A DNA stretch of 63,714 nucleotides, filler included, from Octopus bimaculoides (taxonomy: Eukaryota): NCBI RefSeq assembly GCF_001194135.2. It is 7 parts of 6 records of this genome, joined end to end, with 100 filler letters (N's around TTAATTAATTAA, not from the genome) between each part and the next. Parts side by side here need not be neighbours in the genome. Positions count along the whole stretch, not along the records: positions 54,056 to 60,022 come from NC_069007.1; positions 60,123 to 61,428 come from NW_026374713.1; positions 61,529 to 63,714 come from NW_026339591.1; 4 more parts are not named here. One strand, given 5' to 3'. Position numbers and translations under genes: made by a program. Positions 53,956 through 63,714 of this stretch are shown here, piece after piece; within the stretch, counting starts at the first letter, position 1; each line of letters begins with the position of its first letter. The notes under the pieces were generated by a model, which worked only from the letters and a program-made list of their open reading frames with translations, was not told the origin of the DNA and made no database searches.

Positions 53956-54055
53956 NNNNNNNNNNNNNNNNNNNNNNNNNNNNNNNNNNNNNNNNNNNNT
54001 TAATTAATTAANNNNNNNNNNNNNNNNNNNNNNNNNNNNNNNNNNNNNNNNNNNN

Positions 54056-54925
54056 TGATATAGACTATTATTGTTTAGCCCTAGGTCAGTCAGTCCTTTT
54101 TTTTAGGAGACGTATATGATCACAGCCAATCCAACCGTGACTACGCACGCCGATGTAACTTGAGGTAGATTTGACTGCTATTTCTAGCAGATCCAGCCAC
54201 AACACACGATTCCTTCGCAGACATAATCCACGACATTCCAACCGTGATCATCCCGCCTGGGTATTGTTGATATAGACTATTATTGTTTAGCCCTAGGTCA
54301 GTCAGTCCTTTTTTTTAGGAGACTATATGATCACAGCCAATCCAACCGTGACTACGCACGCCGCTTCTGTGTATTGTTGGTTCTGTTGACGTAAACTGTT
54401 GTGATCATTCCATCTTTGAGTTCAAATCACGCTAGTGTTGCTGTTTGGCCTTGGGTCCGTCCTTGTTAAGTAGACAAAAATCAAAGATGGTCCACCTATG
54501 ACCATCACGTTTAAGACTACACTATACAATGTGCAATATAATCATTTAACCATGGGTCTATCCTGATGGAGTAGACCAATGATGAAAGACATTCCAGTCG
54601 TGGCCATTCCATCTGTATCTAGAATTACAGTATCAAATATGTCCGTTTCTTTGTGAATGCAGGGTTTGAGTTGATGGAGAATTAGTTGCCATTTCTAGCA
54701 GACCCACCAACCAGGAAGAGTCTTCTGGAGTCAGTAATCATCCATGTTCAATGACACTACCAGCCATGACCCTCCTGTCTTAGTAGCTTTTGCTAAATGC
54801 ATCAGTGTATAGGCGCAGGAGTGGCTGTGTGGTAAGTAGCTTGCTTACCAACCACATGGTTCCGGGTTCATTCCCACTGCGTGGCACCTAGGGCAAGTGT
54901 CTTCTACTATAGCCTNNNNNNNNNN

Positions 54926-54962
<37 letters not shown>

Positions 54963-55370
54963 TGTATGTGTGTGTATATGTTTGTGTGTCCGTGTTTGTC
55001 CCCCCAACTTCGCTTGACAACCGAGGCTGGTGTGTTTATGTCCCCGTAACTTAGCGGTTCGGCAAAAAGAGACCGATAGAATAAGTAGTAGGCTTACAAA
55101 GAATAAATCCTCGAGTCGATTTGTTTGACTAAAAAGGCGGTGCCCCAGCATGGCCACAGTCAAATGACTGAAACAAGTAAAAGAGTAAAAGAGTGTAATC
55201 ACTCGCTGTTGTTTAACCCTAGGCTGGCCCTGCTCGAGTAGATCTGTGATCGAAGGCATTCTAGTTGTAGCCATCCCAAGACCACATTAAGAAGAGATTG
55301 TGTGATTGAAGGAAAAATTGGTTACTATTTCCTGTAGATCAAGTGAACCACATAGGTGTCTTATTGGTTG
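54056..55370 (-). mobile_element. Cluster of decayed copies of another SINE-like tail (gtttagccctagg..gatca..cattccagccgtgac..atttctagcag) around the type A SINE
   Basis: Motif recurs at about 54070, 54280, 54590, 54690 and 55210; related plus-strand copies at 35650-35830 and 57760-57885. Confidence 0.55.
54812..55193 (+). mobile_element. Full-length type A SINE (small internal gap)
   Basis: Same head, central domain and tail as 8756-9162. Confidence 0.9.
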
Positions 55371-55499
55371 AAGTACAGTGTGGTGGGGTTGCTTAGCCCC
55401 TGGTCAGTGCTGGTCAATCATATCCTTGGGGCTTTCTTGTAGATTATCTGATCAAAATTCTGTACATAGCTGTAATAAAGCTTTCACTTTCATTTTGAG

Positions 55500-55875
55500 T
55501 CAAGCGAAAGCAAAACTGTCAATGGCACCTGTGCCCAGCGTCGCCTTCCTGGCACTTGTGCCAGATGGCATGTGTAAAGACATTCGAGCGAGATCGTTGC
55601 CAGCGCCGCTGGACTGGCTCCTGTTCAGGTGGCACGTAAAATACACCATTTTGAGCGTGGCTGTTGCCAGTACCGCCTAACTGGCCTTCGTGCCGGTGGC
55701 ACGTAAATGCACCCACTACACTCTCGGAGTGGTTGGCGTTAGGAAGGGCATCCAGCTGTAGAAACTCTGCCAAATCAGATTGGAGCCTGGTGCAACCATC
55801 CGGTTCACCAGTCCTCAGTCAAATCGTCCAACCCATGCTAGCATGGAAAGCAGACGTTAAATGATGATGATGATG
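55500..55875 (+). mobile_element. RTE-tail non-autonomous retroposon
   Basis: ggagtggttggcgttaggaagggcatccagctgtagaaac..gtccaacccatgctagcatggaaagcagacgttaaatgatgatgatg. Confidence 0.8.
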
Positions 55876-55934
55876 AAAACCATGTGCATTTAGTAATGAA
55901 ATTATGATAACCTTTCATTTTATGATCCAGAAAG

Positions 55935-56440
55935 TGAAAGGTGGTATCACAAGGTTCCCAGACTTGTTATGTATATTAATAAATAACTTATTTACCTAAC
56001 TTTTCACATCATCTCCTTTGAAATAGTCACCTTGTGCAGCAATACACCAGTCCCAGCATTCCTGCCATTTTTGGAATCCGGCCTGGAAGTTGTTTTCCAT
56101 GAACGAGTCAAGGACCTTCTGTGATTTACTCTGGATCCCAACAATGGTGTTAAAACAGCGACCTTTGAGCTGCATTTTCATCTTGGGGAAGAGATAGAAA
56201 TCCGCTGGGGGCTAAACCTGGCAAATGGGGTGAGTGTGGAAGCAATATGATGTTTTTGGCACGAAACTCGTGAGGGAGGAGACTTTGGTGAAGAATCCGA
56301 TTCTTTGCACTCCACAGATCCAGTACGTGCATCTGGGAGGAATTCTCTTATCGCATTGATGTTGCCCCTACTGCAGGTGGTGGCCACATTGAACACTTGT
56401 GAGACAGGAAATAAAAGTTGATTGTGAGTAAACACTTGTG
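55935..56440 (-). mobile_element. Mariner transposase 3' fragment with terminal repeat
   Basis: DLWSAKNRILH..EFRAKN..LLPHSPHLPGLAPSGF..KMKMQLKGRCFNTI...FQKWQECWDWCIAAQGDYFKGD; TIR-like ggtggtatcacaaggttcccagac at about 55940. Confidence 0.85.
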
Positions 56441-56555
56441 ACTCTGCTGGAGTTCTCTATTGCTTTTCCTTATTGAAATATTGCGTAATGAAATCAGTTC
56501 GTTCTTTTTGAATAACCCTGGATAATGATGATGATGATGATAGTAATGTCTAATT

Positions 56556-56814
56556 CATCATCATCATCGTCGTCATCGTCGTTTAACGTCCGCTTTCCAT
56601 GCTAGCATGGCTTGGACGATTTGACTGAGGAGTGGTGAAACCAGATGGCTGCACCAGGCTCCAATCTGATCTGGCAAGGTTTCTACAACTGGATGCCCTT
56701 CCTAACGCCAACCACTCCGAGTGTGTAGTGAGTACTTTCACGTGTCACCCACACGAAGGCCAGTCAGGCGGAACTGGCAACGGCCACGCTCAAAATGATG
56801 TATTTTATGTGCCA
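56556..56814 (-). mobile_element. RTE-tail retroposon, inverted copy
   Basis: Reverse complement of about 55620-55875. Confidence 0.8.
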
Positions 56815-56994
56815 TCTTTACATTTTGCGTGCAAATTCCACCAAGGTCAACTCGACCTTTCATCTTTCCAACGTTGATAAACTAAGCACCAGTTGGACAC
56901 AGGAGTTGATGTAATTGATTCACAACCTCCCTTAGAATTGCAGGCCTTGTGTCAAAATGTGAAGCCAATGTATAAATGTGTCAGTTCATGAGAA

Positions 56995-57190
56995 CATCAT
57001 CATCATTTAACGTGTACTTCCCATGCTGGCATGGGTTAGACAGCTTGGCTGGAACAGCTAAGCCAGAGAGCAACCCTAGGTTCCAGTCTGAATTTGGCTT
57101 GGTTTCTCTGGCTGGCTGCCCTTCCTAACGCCAACCACTCAGAGAGTGTAGTGGGTTCCTTTTACGTGTCACCAGCATGGGTGCTCTTGC
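56995..57190 (-). mobile_element. RTE-tail retroposon, older copy
   Basis: catcatcatttaacg..cccatgctggcatggg..gcccttcctaacgccaaccactc. Confidence 0.7.
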
Positions 57191-57324
57191 ATGATGCTGG
57201 ATGACCCCAGCAAAATTTTTGTAACTAGGTGTCAATGAGAGTTCCTGAAGTCCCATGTATGGCATGTTCTTTGTCTTTCACTTTACTCCCAGTCGTCCTT
57301 TCTTTGGTGTTTTGTGTTTTATAG

Positions 57325-57390
57325 TTTCACCGTTACGGTTAACAAAGAAACAGGCTATTGTTTATCATTGAAGGGTTTTGATTGCTGATG
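57325..57390 (+). other. Candidate 66-nt cassette or non-coding exon with in-frame stop
   Basis: Acceptor tcctttctttggtgttttgtgttttatAG at 57324 and donor GATG|GTAAGC at 57391; stop codons in all three frames; length divisible by 3. Confidence 0.3.
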
Positions 57391-57539
57391 GTAAGCATCC
57401 TGGTCCCTATCACCACATACTGAGTTATAATAGAGCAGGAGCACTTCTCTATGAACCAGTCAAGAGAACACTTCAAAGACTGTGACATTTCACCTTTTCT
57501 AGAAGCCGGGGATTGTGGAACTCTCTTAGTAACAAGCAC

Positions 57540-57750
57540 AATGGCAAATCAACACTGGTTGTCAAGCAGTGGTGGCAGGGTAGCAAACACACACATACAC
57601 TTACCTGGTGGGCTTCCACACAGTTTCCATTTACCAAATTTGCTCACAAGGCATTGGTCAGCCCAGAGCCGTTGAGGGTATCATGCAGTAAGACTGAACT
57701 CTGAACCATATGGTTGCAAAATGAGCTTCTTAGCCCCGCAACCATGCCTA
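57540..57750 (-). mobile_element. Diverged type A SINE head and central domain
   Basis: ggttgtcaagcagtggtggc..cagtttccatttaccaaatttgctcacaaggcattggtcagccc..ctgaaccatatggttgc. Confidence 0.7.
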
Positions 57751-58102
57751 CTCCTTCGTGGTTATAAATCTGCTAAAAATAGAAGTACATTGGATAATGT
57801 AGTTCTAGACAGTTAACATGGGGTGGCCATGGCTAGAATGCCTTTGATCATAAGACTGTTGAACCATAGTTGTCCTGGGGCTTCCACTGCCGATCCTTAC
57901 TCTCACTATCCCACTTGGGTTTCTAATATCCTGTATGTTACCTGTCTTTGCTTCCTCACCTTTTTCTTCTGATGCTTGCCCTTGCTCTGTCCCTATCTGC
58001 CTATCTCTCCCCTCTTCCTGCCTGTCTGTCTGTCTCTCTCTCTCTCTTTCTTCAGCCTCCTCCGATCACACATCTAGTCACCATCTACCCTAGATTTCAA
58101 GC

Positions 58103-58135
<33 letters not shown>

Positions 58136-58303
58136 AATAATAAATGAGTATATGCATATATACATACAGGTATGTGCATACCTACGTCTACCTGTATATA
58201 TAGGTGCATATCTGGGTACAGGACATTGCAAACAAAACGTAGACAAAAAAATAATAATAACCAGAGTACAGAACACACAGAGGCCACATAGAGAACATTT
58301 TCC

Positions 58304-58342
<39 letters not shown>

Positions 58343-59283
58343 CTTATATCCTCTTATACATACATACATATACATTATATACATGTATTTTATGTATACA
58401 TTATAAATATAATATATACCTGCATGTGTGCATAATAATGTGTGTGTGTGTATAGATATAAACACACCTTTATACAACTTTACATATTTATACAAATATT
58501 TATATGTATATTATATAACGTGTGTATATATCTCTCTTTTCAGTGTACTTTATGTAACACACCCATACAACCTTTCTACATATGACCCCTTCCAAACCTA
58601 CCTCTTCCCACTGCTCCAGAATTGGACTTTGTCGTGAGGGTGGGGGAAGTGCCTCGTGCCATAGGAAAGCAGGTGCCCTTATAAGGCCTAAGTCTCCACC
58701 CTCACAGTATTCACCACAAACTGAATGGGGTATGGGGCTTGGGGATTTGGGTACCTTCTGTTCTTCCTGTATCCTAATCTCTTTCTCCCTCTCTCTCTTT
58801 CACCCTGTGGTAAAACAGTTGACTCATTGCGTCCCTTTCCCCTTATTTATCCTTGCTAAATTTATTTCCCCTTCACTTATCAATTCCTCACTCCCCCCCA
58901 TCTCACTCTTTCTCTCTCTCTCTCTGTCCCCTTCACCCCAGAAGCTACAATCCCCTCCTTCCTATAGGGACTTGCATTCCTTGTTGTTAAGGGGGAGATA
59001 GGAGTCAGTACTTGATTGCTTTTTGTGGATGTGTGTTTATATTTGAGTGAGTGTGTTTCTTTGATTGTAAAAAGAGAGAGCGTGTGTGTGTGTGTGTGTG
59101 TGTGTGGATGTGTTTATTATGGTAGTTAAAGTGAGGCATTCTTATATAGTTATGCCCTTATATATATGTATATATTGGCATCATTTAGAGATGTTTTTTC
59201 TAGTTTATTTTGATTTCTTGAATGTGTAATTGTTAATTATTTCATTTTTTTTCTTCTTTTTGCTTGTTTGTTTTTGCCACCAG

Positions 59284-59558
59284 ATGAAATCATCAAATTG
59301 AACGGAGTATCGAAGAGGGGACAGGGTGGCCGAGGAAATCGAGGGAGGGGCAGCTATGGCCGAGGTCGCAGGTATCGGGGTAGAGGCCAAGCGAACACAA
59401 CGACCGGTGCATCATCAAGTGCGGGCACGAGCCTTAAAACGAGGGGTAGACGCGGTAGAGTTTGGTCGAGAAGGTCCACAGGCAGGAGTACCCAGTCCCT
59501 CAGTCAACAGAATTTGATTCCATCACAGAAAACCGCTACAAATAGCACAAACACTTCA
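59284..59558 (+). CDS. Internal coding exon (275 nt, phase 1 to phase 0) of an mRNA-export adaptor with N-terminal UAP56-binding motif and RG/RGG-rich region (FYTTD1/UIF- or ALYREF-like)
   Basis: Long polypyrimidine tract ttttttcttctttttgcttgtttgtttttgccacCAG acceptor at 59283; donor TCA|GTAAGT at 59559; GC-richer than flanks; open frame (D)EIIKLNGVSKRGQGGRGNRGRGSYGRGRRYRGRGQ...ATNSTNTS. DEIIKLN matches the second half of the MSLDDIIKLN UBM of ALYREF/FYTTD1; the MSL part must lie in an upstream exon that I could not find. Confidence 0.85.
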
Positions 59559-59625
59559 GTAAGTATTAAAACTAAACAGAAATTTACATTTGCCAGACTA
59601 ATTAACTTCGTATTTATTAGCTCCT

Positions 59626-59830
59626 GGAGGTGCAGGTGGAGCGGTGTGCTTAAGAAACTTGCTTCTCAACCATGGGGGTCTTAGGTTCAATCCTCAGAAG
59701 TCTTGAAGGGCATCCAGCTGAAACAGACAGCAGGGATTGGATGCAGTCTTCTGACCTGGCAGTTCCTGTGGAACTGTCCAAACTATGCCAGCAGGGAAAA
59801 TGGATATTAAATTTATTAAATTATGATGAT
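59626..59830 (+). mobile_element. Short SINE: tRNA-like head fused to RTE-type tail
   Basis: ggaggtgcaggtggagcggtgtgcttaag..ggttcaatcc then gaagggcatccagctg..gtccaaactatgccagc..gatgatgatg. Confidence 0.65.
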
Positions 59831-59884
59831 GATGATTTTACCCTAAGCAAAAAAAAAAGAAAAGTCACAAATAGCTGTACATAT

Positions 59885-60022
59885 TTACTCTTTTACTTGT
59901 TTCAGTCATTTGGCTGCGGCCATGCTGGAGCACCGCCTTTTAGTCGAGCAAATCGACCCCAGGACTTATTCTCTTTGTAAGCCTAGTACCTATTCTATCG
60001 GTCTCTTTTGCCAAACCGCTAA
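59885..60022 (-). mobile_element. Type A SINE 3' tail (truncated by gap)
   Basis: ttactcttttacttgtttcagtcatttggctgcggccatgctggagcaccgcc..ttgccaaaccgctaa. Confidence 0.9.
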
Positions 60023-60269
60023 NNNNNNNNNNNNNNNNNNNNNNNNNNNNNNNNNNNNNNNNNNNNTTAATTAATTAANNNNNNNNNNNNNNNNNNNNNN
60101 NNNNNNNNNNNNNNNNNNNNNNTATATATATATATATATATATATACGAGACCAAATGTGTACGTACGCCGCTATAATATATGCATGTATACTTGTATAT
60201 CTAGTTATATATATATATGTATATGTATGCATACATACATACATACATACGTTCTTTGTAACCCTTAAT

Positions 60270-60600
60270 TTTCTTCTGAGACAGAATGAATTAGGAGACC
60301 AAAGCTGTGAGCAATAATTTAACCTGTTCAGAACTCAGGTTTTCCATAGAGTTAGCTTAACTACTGGTTCTCTTGTCACGAAGGTTTGCAGGATCTATCC
60401 AATGAGATGTCTGTATTTAGACGTCTGTTTGGTGATATGGCTAATGAAAGATGCATCATTTGCCATGATTGCTCCTAAGCCACGTACGTCATTAGTGCTC
60501 TGGATCATTCTGGCGTCAAATAGTGATTTTTGTGTATTCCCTCTCAAACGAAGAAGCTAAAATTTTGATGCATTAAATTTCACATTGTTTGAATCTTTGG
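60270..60600 (-). mobile_element. CR1/L2-like LINE RT fragment
   Basis: NNVKFNASKF*LLR...VRGLGAIMANDASFISHITK...ILQTFVTRE...LWKT*VLNRLNYCSQLWSP on the minus strand. Confidence 0.75.
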
Positions 60601-61079
60601 AGTGTGACAGTGTATATACATACATATATATATATACGTACATATATATATACATATGTAAATATATACATACATACGTACATATATATATATATATACA
60701 TATATATATGTATACATATATTATATATGTAGAAAGAGAGACAGTCACCGAGAGAGCGTAGCATGTATATGTATATCATTATGTATATATATATATTTGT
60801 GTGTGCGCGTGTGTGTGTGTGCATGTATATTTTTATGTGTGGGGGTGTATATATGTATTATGAGTGTTCTTGATTTTTGCTTCTTGTTTTATTTATTTTT
60901 TCTTTATATTTTAGTTATTGCCACTTTAAATCCATTGAAGTATATCGGTCAGTGTTAATTTGTGAGGGCGAAAAGTCATGGGAAAATGAAATGAAGAGAA
61001 AACACTGTTTTCAAAGAGATTTGATGTGTAACAAATAAAGAAACTTGTTGACCTTTACTAAACCTGTGTCACGACTTAC

Positions 61080-61100
61080 CAATGTTTTGCTTTGGTTATT
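61080..61100 (-). other. Candidate 21-nt microexon (NNQSKTL or ITKAKH)
   Basis: On the minus strand: (TG)n-tttattgcAG | aataaccaaagcaaaacattg | GTAAGT; frame-preserving; no partner exons identified. Confidence 0.3.
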
Positions 61101-61284
61101 CTGCAATAAACACACACACACACACACACACACGAAAGCACACCACGTACTGACACACAAGGACATCTATACACATATTCACATATGAACATAGACATTA
61201 TATTCATGCATATATAGAAATATACACACACGTACGTGTGTGCCGTTGTGTTTGTGCGTGTGTACATCTTATCAGATATGTCTG

Positions 61285-61315
<31 letters not shown>

Positions 61316-63273
61316 ACACATATGTATCTAATTAGTGTATATGTACAGCTATGAGTGAGTGTATATATATATACACACATATATATACACACACATATAC
61401 ATATACACACACACATACATATACACACNNNNNNNNNNNNNNNNNNNNNNNNNNNNNNNNNNNNNNNNNNNNTTAATTAATTAANNNNNNNNNNNNNNNN
61501 NNNNNNNNNNNNNNNNNNNNNNNNNNNNATAGACTCATAAATGCAGACGCACACGCACACAGACAAACTGACATAGGCTTTCTATATATATAAAGCACTG
61601 TACAGATGAGTAAATTTTTCAAATATTAATAAGAAATCCAGAACGCACGTAAGTATGGGAACCAACAAGAAGACAAAAATGGCAATATCCTGCTTTTTCT
61701 ATCCCGCTTTCTGTTCTGCATTTTCTTCGTTATAATTGACGTCGTTGTCGTCATCGTCGGCGTCGTACACCACTTCATCCTCATCGTCCTTCTCGTCCTC
61801 CTCCTGCTTCTTCTCATCTTCATCATCATCATCATCATCAATATCACCACCTCCAGCGATCATTATCACGATCATCAATGCCGTTATAAAACCAAATATG
61901 GTGCAACTTTCATATCTTTACGGCGTTGATGAATAGAGAGGCCAAATATATTTAACACAAAGAAAACACACTAAAAACAAACATGAATAGAAGGTAAACC
62001 TACAACAACAGGTGATTTGGGTTTTTGTATATTTTTTTCGTTTTTTGTTTTCTTTTTTGTTTTTTGAGAATAAACAAAAAACAAATAGTTTAAAAAGTCT
62101 AACGGAAACAAAATTTTAAAAAGTAAAACAAGATGAAATATGTTATGATATGAAAAGTTGGCAACGTTGGAAAATGTGCTTCTACACAGCCATACACATG
62201 CAAACACACACACACATGAACTCATAATATATATATATATATACATATATGCACACACACACATAATATGTATGCATTTATAGGTATATATATATATATA
62301 TNNNNNNNNNNNNNNNNNNNNNNNNNNNNNNNNNNNNNNNNNNNNNNNNNNNNNNNNNNNNNNNNNNNNNNNNNNNNNNNNNNNNNNNNNNNNNNNNNNN
62401 NNNNNNNNNNNNNNNNNNNNNNNNNNNNNNNNNNNNNNNNNNNNNNNNNNNNNNNNNNNNNNNNNNNNNNNNNNNNNNNNNNNNNNNNNNNNNNNNNNNN
62501 NNNNNNNNNNNNNNNNNNNNNNNNNNNNNNNNNNNNNNNNNNNNNNNNNNNNNNNNNNNNNNNNNNNNNNNNNNNNNNNNNNNNNNNNNNNNNNNNNNNN
62601 NNNNNNNNNNNNNNNNNNNNNNNNNNNNNNNNNNNNNNNNNNNNNNNNNNNNNNNNNNNNNNNNNNNNNNNNNNNNNNNNNNNNNNNNNNNNNNNNNNNN
62701 NNNNNNNNNNNNNNNNNNNNNNNNNNNNNNNNNNNNNNNNNNNNNNNNNNNNNNNNNNNNNNNNNNNNNNNNNNNNNNNNNNNNNNNNNNNNNNNNNNNN
62801 NNNNNNNNNNNNNNNNNNNNNNNNNNNNNNNNNNNNNNNNNNNNNNNNNNNNNNNNNNNNNNNNNNNNNNNNNNNNNNNNNNNNNNNNNNNNNNNNNNNN
62901 NNNNNNNNNNNNNNNNNNNNNNNNNNNNNNNNNNNNNNNNNNNNNNNNNNNNNNNNNNNNNNNNNNNNNNNNNNNNNNNNNNNNNNNNNNNNNNNNNNNN
63001 NNNNNNNNNNNNNNNNNNNNNNNNNNNNNNNNNNNNNNNNNNNNNNNNNNNNNNNNNNNNNNNNNNNNNNNNNNNNNNNNNNNNNNNNNNNNNNNNNNNN
63101 NNNNNNNNNNNNNNNNNNNNNNNNNNNNNNNNNNNNNNNNNNNNNNNNNNNNNNNNNNNNNNNNNNNNNNNNNNNNNNNNNNNNNNNNNNNNNNNNNNNN
63201 NNNNNNNNNNNNNNNNNNNNNNNNNNNNNNNNNNNNNNNNNNNNNNNNNNNNNNNNNNNNNNNNNNNNNNNNN

Positions 63274-63322
<49 letters not shown>

Positions 63323-63714
63323 TGTGTAAACAGTGACATATACATCAGTATACACATGTGTATATCTAATGGGCGTATGCGTTTTATTATGTGAATATAT
63401 GTGCCCCAGTGTTTATATTTTCTTACGTATAACCAATATTACTATTGGGAATATACAAAGAAAAATACGATCAACAGGAAATAACGAAATATATTAAAAA
63501 CTAACAATATCTAACATTAAAGAAAAGGCATACAAAAGGTAAACGGAACGTTTGCAACATGAAAAAAAAGTGTAAAATTACGATGGAACCCTGAAACGAA
63601 AGATGAAAGAAGTTTCCCCATTAAACTGACACGAGTGTCCTCTTTTGCACATAATATAAACTGCAAACAAACGAATATTTTCACACACATCAAGCATTGA
63701 AAACTCACAGAAAT

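Larger units (their letters stand above)
31565..61484. other. Six artificial scaffold linkers N44-TTAATTAATTAA-N44 (at 31565, 42659, 52537, 54000, 60067, 61473)
   Basis: Identical 100-bp construct each time; the 12-mer has stop codons in all six frames. Confidence 0.95.

Noticed and set aside
54056-54363. 96-bp near-perfect direct repeat (54056-54152 versus 54268-54363)
   Set aside because: The first copy starts at a contig edge next to a linker; probably assembly redundancy, cannot be called biological.
60915-60960. Strong plus-strand acceptor at 60914 as the next exon of the export-adaptor gene
   Set aside because: Phase 0 (required after 59558) hits TAA after four codons, and donors are weak.
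61690-61900. Acidic minus-strand frame (GGGDIDDDDDDEDEKKQEEDEKDDEDEVVYDADDD)
   Set aside because: Decayed (GAT/GAC/GAG)n repeat, bounded by stops, no good splice sites or homology.

Overview
AT-rich, gap-riddled animal genomic DNA, almost certainly octopus (Octopus bimaculoides-like short-read assembly; inferred from recognisable octopus SINE families and extreme microsatellite density). Nearly all supplied ORFs are microsatellite or N-gap artefacts. Only one convincing protein-coding exon is present: 59284-59558 (+), encoding DEIIKLN plus an RG-rich tract, i.e. the UAP56-binding-motif region of an ALYREF/FYTTD1(UIF)-type mRNA-export adaptor; its first exon was not found. The rest is intron/intergenic DNA filled with tRNA-derived SINEs of several modular types and decayed RTE, CR1-like, Penelope and R4/Dong retrotransposons, plus mariner/Tc1, Tigger, hAT and foldback DNA-element remnants. 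The most interesting non-obvious signals are: several dispersed minimal type I hammerhead-ribozyme motifs (best at 17061-17118, at the 3' end of a Penelope fossil; others at 9219-9263 and 26566-26618); a possible poison cassette exon upstream of the export-adaptor exon; inverted SINE pairs (possible ADAR/back-splicing substrates); a chain of SINEs sharing one 16-bp target duplication; and a perfect six-unit heat-shock element inside a repeat. No CRISPR, rRNA or true tRNA genes are seen. All family assignments are by eye and from memory, not from database searches.
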